This document shows, piece by piece, positions 29,719-37,580 of a stretch of 64,000 bases of DNA. The notes under the pieces are model-generated. The model searched no databases, was not told where the DNA came from, and worked only from the letters and a program-made list of their open reading frames with translations. The stretch comes from Actinomycetes bacterium (GTDB lineage Bacteria; Actinomycetota; Acidimicrobiia; Acidimicrobiales; CADCSY01). The translations under genes and the position numbers were made by a program. The first letter of the stretch is position 1, and each line of letters opens with the position of its first letter. The stretch lies in contig JANNNX010000074.1 of NCBI GenBank assembly GCA_031398745.1, positions 8,740 to 72,739 on the forward strand, read 5' to 3'.

Positions 29719-30297
29719 GTGCGCATCCTCCCTCCCGCCCGGCAGGCTGCCCGTCGCGCCGACGAGCGCGGTGCGGTGCTGGTCGAGGCGGCGTTCGTTC
29801 TCCCGGTGCTGATCATCCTGATGCTCGGGATCTTCGAGTTCAGCCTGATCTTCAAGGACCAGCAGACGATCTACTCCGCCACCCGCTCCGGCGCCCGGAT
29901 CGCGTCGGCCGAGGCCCGCAACACCAACTACCAGACCAACACCGTCGACGCAGTGACCACGGCCCTGGCCGCCATCCCCCAGAGCAACTGGCGTGAGCTG
30001 TGGATCTACAAGGCATCCAGCTCGGGCATGCCGCCGTCGGGCAACTTCACCACCTGCTCCGGGGCCTGCGTCAAGTACGTGTGGACCGCGGGGGCCTGGG
30101 TCAAGCAGTCGGGATCCGACTGGGCGGCCACCGGGACCAACTCGCAGTACGCCTGCTCCGGCAACCCCGACAGCCTCGGCGTCTACCTGAAGATCGACCA
30201 CTCGATGATCTCGGGCATGTTCGGCAACACCAAGACCCTGACCGACAAGACGATCATCAAGCTCGAGCCGCAACCCGCCACCAGCTGCCAGGGGTAG
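29719..30297 (+). CDS. TadE-like pseudopilin
   Basis: The protein contains RADERG|AVLVEAAFVLPVLIILMLGIFEFSLIF, the TadE/TadF-type N-terminus. The GTG at 29719 gives a typical 22-aa leader. Alternative starts are at 29626 and 29629. The mature part has 4 Cys. Confidence 0.7.
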   Translation: MRILPPARQAARRADERGAVLVEAAFVLPVLIILMLGIFEFSLIFKDQQTIYSATRSGARIASAEARNTNYQTNTVDAVTTALAAIPQSNWRELWIYKASSSGMPPSGNFTTCSGACVKYVWTAGAWVKQSGSDWAATGTNSQYACSGNPDSLGVYLKIDHSMISGMFGNTKTLTDKTIIKLEPQPATSCQG

Positions 30298-30307
30298 GAG
30301 ACGCCCG

Positions 30308-32119
30308 ATGGCCACCTTCCGCGCTCGCATCGTGTCGCGCTTCCGTGAGCGGATCACCGGCGACGAGGCCGGCATCGTGCTGGTCTGGTTCGCGCTGACC
30401 CTCGTCGGCCTGGTCGGCATCGGCGCCCTGGCCGTCGATGTCGGCAACTGGTACGTGCAGGCGAACCGCCAGCAGAAGGCAGCGGACGCGGCCGCGCTGT
30501 CGGGTGTGGTCTACCTGCCGGCCGACATCCCCAAGGCCCGGACCACGGCGACCGACATCGCCACCCGCAACGGCTACACCACTGGCGGCGCCGGCAACGT
30601 GTCGGTCACCACCAACCCGGTGACCGGCAAGCCCACCCAGCTGCAGGTGGCGGTGACCAGGGACACGGCGTCGATCCTGGGCGGGGTGTTCGGGTTCGAC
30701 TCGCTGCGCATCACCCGCACCGCGGTGGCCGAGTACGAGACCCCCATCGACATGGGCAGCCCGGCCAACGTCTACGGCAACGAGCCCACCACCGACAACG
30801 AGGTCGGCGGACCGTGGTCGAACGTGCCCACCTTCGCCCCCAACCTGTGGGGCAACCTCATGGGGTTCCGGTCGAGCAAGTCGTCGGGCGACGCCATCCA
30901 GGGCGGTCAGTGCTCGAGCGGCGTCGACCGCTGCGGCAGCTCGGGGGCCACCAACGCCGACTACTCGACCAACGGGTACTTCTACCGGATCAAGGTCGAC
31001 GAGACCCAGCGGCCGTCGGCCGCCAGCAAGCTGGCCATCGAGGTGTTCGACCCGGCCGCGGTGGCGGTGGGCGACCACTGCGACATCAACAGCTTCAGCA
31101 ACGGGACGGTCCAGGCCGCGCTGACGACCTCCTCGAACCCTTGGACCACCCGGAACGGCACCCGGCCCACCGACGCCGACGAGCGGTACGTGTGGGGCGA
31201 CGCCTACAACAACGCGGCCGCCTCCCAGAACGGGAAGTTCTGCACCGGCGACAACCCCGACGCCGGTACCGCCAGCCCGGTCACCACCTACCGGGTGCTG
31301 CAGGACCTGAACCCCAACGACCCCGGCAGCTCGCCGCCGGTGGCCTCCGGCAACTGCAGCGGCCTGAGCTTCACCGGTTCCCGACCCAACTGGTCGACCA
31401 GCCGGGATGCCCTGAACGAGACCAGCCCGAGCTACGACCCCGACCTGGCCAGCGTGTTCCGCCAGTGGGTGCCGGTGTGCGTCTTCGACCCGTCGACCCT
31501 TCCGCCGGGCGACTACCTCCTCCAGATCCGCACCACCTACAACTCACCCACCGACGGCGGGTCCAACCGCTTCTCGGTTCGGGCCGGTTGGGTGTCGGGC
31601 AACTACACCTTCGACCAGGGCACCTACACCACGCCTCCAACCCTGGAGTCGGGTGGTGCCGAGGGCATCACCATCGCCGGCACCGGCAACATGGGCCTCT
31701 ACGCCAACATCGCCGGCGGATCGAGCTCGAACTTCTACCTGGCCCGGGTGCTCAGCGGGGGCAGCGGCCAGACCCTGGAGATCCAGCTCTACGACATCGG
31801 TGACTGCAGCAACTGCAGCAGCGTGACCCTGACCTTCCGCGGGCCCGACGGGTCGACCTGGTCGAACTGCACCTACAAGGTCGGCGACTCGGCCACCACC
31901 AACACCGCGGCGCCCTGCTCGATGACCTTCAGCGGGACCAACCGATGGACCACGGTCAACATCCCGATCCCGGCCGGCTACTCGTGCAACGTGTCCGACC
32001 CCGAGGGGTGCTGGACGACCATGACCTACCAGCCGAACGGCTCGGGAACGGTGGCCCTGCAGGACACCACCACCTGGACCGCACGGCTGAAGGGCGCCCC
32101 CGTCCGCCTGGTGAAGTAG
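30308..32119 (+). CDS. TadG-like large pilus-associated protein (Tad_N-type N-terminus). No VWA domain recognisable.
   Basis: The ATG is preceded by GGAGA. The 603-aa protein has the N-terminus GDEAGIVLVWFALTLVGLVGIGALAVDVGNWYVQANRQQKAADAAALSG, typical of TadG/pilus-assembly N-terminal domains. The rest is Ser/Thr/Gly/Asn-rich with 12 Cys. Confidence 0.65.
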   Translation: MATFRARIVSRFRERITGDEAGIVLVWFALTLVGLVGIGALAVDVGNWYVQANRQQKAADAAALSGVVYLPADIPKARTTATDIATRNGYTTGGAGNVSVTTNPVTGKPTQLQVAVTRDTASILGGVFGFDSLRITRTAVAEYETPIDMGSPANVYGNEPTTDNEVGGPWSNVPTFAPNLWGNLMGFRSSKSSGDAIQGGQCSSGVDRCGSSGATNADYSTNGYFYRIKVDETQRPSAASKLAIEVFDPAAVAVGDHCDINSFSNGTVQAALTTSSNPWTTRNGTRPTDADERYVWGDAYNNAAASQNGKFCTGDNPDAGTASPVTTYRVLQDLNPNDPGSSPPVASGNCSGLSFTGSRPNWSTSRDALNETSPSYDPDLASVFRQWVPVCVFDPSTLPPGDYLLQIRTTYNSPTDGGSNRFSVRAGWVSGNYTFDQGTYTTPPTLESGGAEGITIAGTGNMGLYANIAGGSSSNFYLARVLSGGSGQTLEIQLYDIGDCSNCSSVTLTFRGPDGSTWSNCTYKVGDSATTNTAAPCSMTFSGTNRWTTVNIPIPAGYSCNVSDPEGCWTTMTYQPNGSGTVALQDTTTWTARLKGAPVRLVK

Positions 32120-32122
32120 CCG

Positions 32123-33682
32123 TCAGCTCTCGGTGCTGGCGTCGTCGGCGTCGACCTCGGTGCCGGCGGCGACGTCGGCTGACGGAACGTCGGCAGCCTC
32201 GGTCACCTCGTCGACGGTCACCGGAGCCTCGGCCTCGCCCGCGGTGTCGACACCCTCGCCAACCGCGGTCGCCTCGGTGGAGGAGGTGGGCAGCGGCTCG
32301 ACCCCGGCCGGGCCGCCCTCGGCGCCGTCGCCGTACTGCTCGTAGTAGTCGGCCCAGGCCTGCTCGGCCTCGGACACCCCGGTGCCGATGTAGTTGCCCT
32401 CGGCGTCGTAGGCGTGCTCGCCGAAGTGCTCCTGGTACTCGGCGGCCACCACGCCACCTTCGGCGGCCTGCTTGATCGACAGGCTGATCCGGCGGCGGGC
32501 CAGGTCGAGATCGATGATCTTGACCCACAGCTCCTCGCCGACCGACACCACCTGCTCGGGCAGCTCGACGTGCTGGTGGCTCATCTCGGAGATGTGGACC
32601 AGGCCCTCGATGCCGTCACCCACCTGGACGAAGGCACCGAAGGGCACCAGCTTGGCCACCCGGCCGTACACCAGCTCGCCCACCCGGTGGCTGTTGGCGA
32701 ACTCCTGCCACGGGTCCTGCTGGGTGGCCTTGAGCGACAGGCTGATCCGCTCCTTGGAAAGATCGACATCGAGCACCAGGACGTCGATCTCGTCGCCCAC
32801 CGCCACCACCGAACTCGGGTGGTCGACGTGCTTCCACGACAGCTCGGACACGTGGACCAGGCCGTCCATGCCCCCCAGGTCGACGAAGGCCCCGAAGTTC
32901 ACCACCGAGGACACCACGCCCGATCGACGTTCGCCCGGCTTGAGGTTGGCCAGGAACTCCTCGCGCTGCTCCTTCTGGGTCTCCTCGAGCCACGCCCGGC
33001 GGGAGAGCACGACGTTGTTGCGGTTCTTGTCGAGCTCGATGATCTTGGCCTCGATGGCCCGGCCGACGTAGGGGGCGAGATCGCGCACCCGGCGCAGCTC
33101 GACCAGCGAGGCGGGCAGGAAGCCCCGCAGCCCGATGTCGAGGATCAGGCCGCCCTTGACGACCTCGATGACGGTGCCCTTCACGACCCCGTCGGCCTCC
33201 TTGATCTGCTCGATCGTGCCCCAGGCCCGCTCGTACTGGGCCCGCTTCTTGGACAGGACCAGCCGGCCCTCCTTGTCCTCCTTGGTGAGGACCAGGGCCT
33301 CGATCTGGTCGCCCAGCGAGACGATCTCGCCCGGGTCGACGTCGTTGCGGATCGACAGCTCCTTGGCCGGGATGTGGCCCTCGGACTTGAAGCCGATGTC
33401 GAGCAGGACCTCGTCCTTGTCGACCCGGACCACGACCCCCTGGACGATGTCGCCGTCCTCGAAGGCCACGATCGTCGCCGCCATCGCCTCATCGAGCGAC
33501 AGCCCACCGAGGTCGTCCTCGACGATGGAGCGGGAGACGTACTCCCCGGCATCGTCGACGAAGGCTCGACGGCTGTCGGGCGAAGTGGCCACGGCGACCG
33601 CCGGGGCCACCGCCGATGACCCGGGCTCGAGACCGGGCGGGTCATCGAGAGTGGGGGCGGCGGGGTCGAAGGGATCGGACAT
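32123..33682 (-). CDS. rpsA: 30S ribosomal protein S1
   Basis: 519 aa with four S1 repeats (GDIVQGVVVRVDKDEVLLDIG, GTVIEVVKGGLILDIG, GVVSSVVNFGAFVDLG, GRVAKLVPFGAFVQVG). It has a roughly 60-aa N-terminal extension and a roughly 100-aa acidic C-terminal extension. Confidence 0.95.
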   Translation of the reverse strand: MSDPFDPAAPTLDDPPGLEPGSSAVAPAVAVATSPDSRRAFVDDAGEYVSRSIVEDDLGGLSLDEAMAATIVAFEDGDIVQGVVVRVDKDEVLLDIGFKSEGHIPAKELSIRNDVDPGEIVSLGDQIEALVLTKEDKEGRLVLSKKRAQYERAWGTIEQIKEADGVVKGTVIEVVKGGLILDIGLRGFLPASLVELRRVRDLAPYVGRAIEAKIIELDKNRNNVVLSRRAWLEETQKEQREEFLANLKPGERRSGVVSSVVNFGAFVDLGGMDGLVHVSELSWKHVDHPSSVVAVGDEIDVLVLDVDLSKERISLSLKATQQDPWQEFANSHRVGELVYGRVAKLVPFGAFVQVGDGIEGLVHISEMSHQHVELPEQVVSVGEELWVKIIDLDLARRRISLSIKQAAEGGVVAAEYQEHFGEHAYDAEGNYIGTGVSEAEQAWADYYEQYGDGAEGGPAGVEPLPTSSTEATAVGEGVDTAGEAEAPVTVDEVTEAADVPSADVAAGTEVDADDASTES

Positions 33683-33768
33683 GGAAGGGACGACCTGTGG
33701 GATCTGGGGAATGGGGGACGATCCGGGGCTCAGCGGCCTGACCGGAGCCGGCCATGGTAGCCCCGCGG

Positions 33769-36546
33769 TCAGCCCTTGGCCGAGGCCCAGCTGGGCCCGA
33801 AGGCCAGGTCGACCTCGAGGGGGACAGACAGCTCGGCCGCACCCACCATCAGGCGGGGCACCATCTCGGCCATCTCGTCGTGCTCGGTGGGCGGCACCTC
33901 GAGGATCACCTCGTCGTGTACCTGCAGGATGAGCCTGCTCTGCGCCGAGGCCGCTTCCAGGGCGGCGTCGATCCGGACCAGCGCCACCTTGAAGATGTCC
34001 GCGGCCAGGCCCTGGATGCCGGCGTTCATGGCCTGGCGCTCGCCCGCCTGGCGGATCCGGTGGTTCGACGACGACAGCTCGGGGATCGGCCGCCGCCGGC
34101 CGAACAGGGTCTCGGTGTAGCCGCGCTGTCGCGCCTCCTCGACGGTGCGCTCCATGTAGGCCCGCACGTTGGGGAAGGCCACGAAGTAGGCATCGAGGAT
34201 CGCCTGGGCCTCGGGAACCGGGATCGAGAGCCGCTGCGCCAGCCCGTAGGACTCCATCCCGTAGGCCAGCCCGTAGGAGACCATCTTGGCCTTGGCCCGC
34301 TGAGCCGAGGTGACCTCGGCGGGATCGACACCGAACACCCGGGACGCGGTGGCGGTGTGGATGTCCTCGCCCGCGGTGAAGGCCGCCACCAGCCCAGGGT
34401 CGTCGGCCAGGTGGGCGATGACCCGGAGCTCGATCTGGTTGTAGTCGGCCACCAGCAGCTCGTAGCCGTCGGCCGGGACGAATGCCCCCCGGAACTGGCG
34501 ACCTTCCTCCGAGCGGACCGGGATGTTGTGCAGGTTGGGGGCGTCGGAGCTGAGGCGACCGGTCCGGGCCACGGTCTGGTTGAAGGTGGCCCGGATGCGG
34601 CCGTCGGGCGCGACCTCGGCCAGCAGGCTCTCGCCGTAGGTCGAGCGCAGCTTCTCGACCTCCCGGTAGCGCAGCAGTAGATCGATCACCGGGTGCTGGC
34701 CGCGGAGCCGCTCCAACGAGGCGGCGTCGGTCGAGTACCCGGTCTTCGTCTTCTTATGGGGAGAGAGTCCCAACTGGTCGAAGAGGACGCTGCGCAGCTG
34801 GGGGGTCGAATTGACCTTGAAGCGACTTCCGGCGACGTCCTGGATCTGCTCCTCGAGCGCCGCGGCCTCGAGCGAGAGCCGACGCTGCAACGCCTCGAGG
34901 ACGGCCACGTCCACCCCGACGCCGATGGCCTCCATGCGGGCCAACACCCGGACCAGAGGGTTCTCGATCTCGCGGTAGAGGCGCTCGAGGCCCTGGGACT
35001 CGAGGGCGGCATGGATCACCGGAGCCAGGCGGGCCACCCCCACCGCCCGAATGGCAGCCTCGGTGGCTCGCTCGGCGACTGCGGCCGCCGAGCCGTCGCC
35101 GTCGACCACCTCGTCGATCCCGAGCGCCAGCTGGCCGGCGGCGTCGGCCGCGGCCGCGGCGGACGAGGAACCATCGCCCAGCCGCAGCCCGAGGTAGCGG
35201 TCGACCACCCGGTTCAGCGCGTAGCTGGGCTGGGCGGGATCGATCAGGTACGCCGCCACCTCGGTGTCGAGGGTGAGGGCCTGCACGTCGACGCCGACCG
35301 CGGCCAGGGCCCGCAGCAGCGGCTTGGCCCCGTGGGCGACCACCGCCCGGTTGCCGGCGACCAGCATCCGCAGGGCGTCGATGACCGCTTCGTCGGCCAG
35401 CACCCGAGCGTCGAGCCACGGCACCGGGTCGCGGCTCTCCGCGCCGTCGACGTCGGCCGCCGCCACGGCCAGGCCGGTGAGCGGAGATCGGCCGGGCACC
35501 CCCTCCCAGGTCGGAGCGAGAGCCACCGCGTCGGTCCGGAACCCCCCCTCGGGCCCGGCCGATACCCGGCGGTCGACCAGGCCCCGGAGCAGGACCTCGG
35601 CCTCGTGGGCGTCGGTGACGGCCAGGCCCTCCGCCACCAGCTCCGCGGTGGGGACCGTCGCCTCATTGGCCTCGACCCCCACCACGTCGGCCAGGCGGTC
35701 GAACAGGGCCCGGAACTCGAGGAAGTTGAACAGCTCGTGTACGGCCTCGAGATCGAACGGGCGCCGGGCCAGAGCCTCGCCGTCGACGGGGATCGGGGCG
35801 TCGCGGCGCAGCACCATCACCTCGGCGTTGCGGCGTACCTGGGCCTCGCTCCCGGCCAGGTTCTCCCGCAGCTTGGGCGAGAGGTCGCCCAGCGAGGCGA
35901 AGATCCCGTCGAGGCCGCCGTAGGTGGTGATGAGCTTGGCCGCGGTCTTCTCCCCCACCCCGGGGACCCCGGCCAGGTTGTCCGACGGGTCACCCCGGAG
36001 CGCGGCGTACTCGGTGTACTGCGCCGGGGTGACCCCGGTGCGCTCCTCGATCCCGGCCTCGTCGTAGAGGGCGTAGTCGCTCACCCCCCGGCGGTTGTAG
36101 AGCACCTTGACGTGGGGATCCTCGACCAGCTGGTAGGTGTCGCGGTCGCCGGTCACGATCAGCACGTCGTCACCCCGGTCCCGGGCCGCGGTGGCGATGG
36201 TGGCGATGAGGTCGTCGGCCTCGAAGCCGGCGAGATCGAGCACCGGGATGCCGAGGGCGTCGAGCACCTGGCGGACCAGCCCCATCTGCTGGCGCAGGAT
36301 GTCGGGGGCCGACTCCCGCTGGGCCTTGTACTCGGGCACCTGCTGGTGGCGGAAGGTCGGCTCGGGTCGGTCGAAGGCCACCGCCACCTGGTCGGTCTGG
36401 TGATCGCGCAGGAGGTTCACCAACATCGAGGTGAACCCGTAGACGGCGTTGGTGACCTGGCCCGACGCGGTGGCCATGTCGGTCGGGAGGGCGAAGAACG
36501 CCCGGTAGGTCAGCGAGTTGCCATCGAGCAGGAGGAGCGGACCCAC
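33769..36546 (-). CDS. polA: DNA polymerase I
   Basis: 925 aa with a 5'-3' exonuclease N-terminus (LLLDGNSLTYRAFFAL), a middle domain, and pol motifs A/B/C (LLVADYNQIELRVIAHL, RAKAKMVSYGLAYG, QVHDEVILE). Confidence 0.97.
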   Translation of the reverse strand: MGPLLLLDGNSLTYRAFFALPTDMATASGQVTNAVYGFTSMLVNLLRDHQTDQVAVAFDRPEPTFRHQQVPEYKAQRESAPDILRQQMGLVRQVLDALGIPVLDLAGFEADDLIATIATAARDRGDDVLIVTGDRDTYQLVEDPHVKVLYNRRGVSDYALYDEAGIEERTGVTPAQYTEYAALRGDPSDNLAGVPGVGEKTAAKLITTYGGLDGIFASLGDLSPKLRENLAGSEAQVRRNAEVMVLRRDAPIPVDGEALARRPFDLEAVHELFNFLEFRALFDRLADVVGVEANEATVPTAELVAEGLAVTDAHEAEVLLRGLVDRRVSAGPEGGFRTDAVALAPTWEGVPGRSPLTGLAVAAADVDGAESRDPVPWLDARVLADEAVIDALRMLVAGNRAVVAHGAKPLLRALAAVGVDVQALTLDTEVAAYLIDPAQPSYALNRVVDRYLGLRLGDGSSSAAAAADAAGQLALGIDEVVDGDGSAAAVAERATEAAIRAVGVARLAPVIHAALESQGLERLYREIENPLVRVLARMEAIGVGVDVAVLEALQRRLSLEAAALEEQIQDVAGSRFKVNSTPQLRSVLFDQLGLSPHKKTKTGYSTDAASLERLRGQHPVIDLLLRYREVEKLRSTYGESLLAEVAPDGRIRATFNQTVARTGRLSSDAPNLHNIPVRSEEGRQFRGAFVPADGYELLVADYNQIELRVIAHLADDPGLVAAFTAGEDIHTATASRVFGVDPAEVTSAQRAKAKMVSYGLAYGMESYGLAQRLSIPVPEAQAILDAYFVAFPNVRAYMERTVEEARQRGYTETLFGRRRPIPELSSSNHRIRQAGERQAMNAGIQGLAADIFKVALVRIDAALEAASAQSRLILQVHDEVILEVPPTEHDEMAEMVPRLMVGAAELSVPLEVDLAFGPSWASAKG

Positions 36547-36612
36547 GGCGCGGCATCGTAGGGCCGCCCCGGCACCCGGACCCCGGGCTCGTCGCCCGGC
36601 CGCGCCGTGGGG

Positions 36613-37215
36613 TCAGGCCTGGTCGGGCAGGAGGCTGCCGGCGACCACGGCCTCGGCCACGTCGCGCATCGTGGAGCGGCGGTTCATGGCCGAGCGCTGG
36701 ATGAACGAGAAGGCGTCCTGCTCGCTCAGGCCGTGGTCGTCCATGAGCACCCCCTTGGCCCGGTCGATGGCCCGGCGGGCGTCGAGGCGGTCCTCGAGGC
36801 CCCGGACCTCTTCCTCCAGGGCCTTGACCTCCCGGAAGCGGCCGAGGGCGAGCTCGATGGCCGGGATGAGGTCGGCCCGCTGGAACGGCTTGACCAGGTA
36901 GGCCAGCACCCCCACGTCTCGGGCCCGCTCGATCAGGTCTCGCTGGGAGAAGGCGGTGAGCACCAGGACCGCGGCTTGGCGCTCGCCGGCGATCTCCCGC
37001 GCCACCGACAAGCCGTCGAGCCCCGGCATCTTGATGTCGAGGATGGCCACATCGGGGCGGAGCGAGCGGACCAGCTCGACCGCCTCATCGCCCCGCCCGG
37101 TCTCGCCCACCACCTCGTAGCCCTCCGACTCGAGGGTCTCCTTCAGGTCGAGTCGCACGATCGCCTCGTCTTCGGCGATCACCACGCGGGCCGGGGTCGG
37201 GTTCGGGTCGGGCAC
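36613..37215 (-). CDS. pdtaR: Response regulator with ANTAR RNA-binding output domain (PdtaR-like)
   Basis: 200 aa. It has a receiver (VVIAEDEAIVRLDL...ILDIKMPGLDG...KP) followed by ANTAR (AIDRAKGVLMDDHGLSEQDAFSFIQRSAMNRRSTMRDVAEAVV). Its position next to polA-rpsA matches Rv1626 in M. tuberculosis (from memory). Confidence 0.85.
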   Translation of the reverse strand: MPDPNPTPARVVIAEDEAIVRLDLKETLESEGYEVVGETGRGDEAVELVRSLRPDVAILDIKMPGLDGLSVAREIAGERQAAVLVLTAFSQRDLIERARDVGVLAYLVKPFQRADLIPAIELALGRFREVKALEEEVRGLEDRLDARRAIDRAKGVLMDDHGLSEQDAFSFIQRSAMNRRSTMRDVAEAVVAGSLLPDQA

Positions 37216-37216
37216 G

Positions 37217-37510
37217 TCAGCTCGTCTGGGTGAGCAGCTGGTCGAGCAACTCGTCCTGCAGGCGCTCGAGGCCCTCCAACTCCTGGCTCACCTCGGCTCG
37301 GTGCCGCCCCATGGCCTCGGCGTGCTTGCGAGCCTCGTGGTGCTCGTGCTCGGCGATCGGGGTCTCGGATACGAGGGCCCGCAGGCGCAGTTCGTCGGCC
37401 GCCTCCTGGAAGAACGCCAGCTGGTCGTCGGCCACGGCCAACTCGTCGCGCAGCGTCGCCATCCGACGCGACACGTGCAGGAGGCGCCGCTCGACCGAGG
37501 CTCTCGACAT
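37217..37510 (-). CDS. Small coiled-coil protein, unknown function
   Basis: A 97-aa ORF (MSRASVERRLLHVSRRMATLRDELAVADDQLAFFQEAADELRLRALVS...LEGLERLQDELLDQLLTQTS) taken from track ORF 37217..38014. It has heptad-like Leu spacing. Its stop lies 1 nt before the pdtaR-like start. Confidence 0.55.
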   Translation of the reverse strand: MSRASVERRLLHVSRRMATLRDELAVADDQLAFFQEAADELRLRALVSETPIAEHEHHEARKHAEAMGRHRAEVSQELEGLERLQDELLDQLLTQTS

Positions 37511-37580
37511 AGGGGCGACGAGTGTAGGCCTGGGTACGCCAGACACCAGTGCAGCCGCACCCTGCTGCGAGACTGCGCGG

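Noticed and set aside
18831-32119. The Tad/two-component block as a recently acquired horizontal island.
   Set aside because: Base composition and codon style look the same as the flanking housekeeping genes. No mobility genes or flanking repeats are present. The right edge is only 3 nt from the rpsA stop. It looks like an old resident insertion rather than a mobile element.
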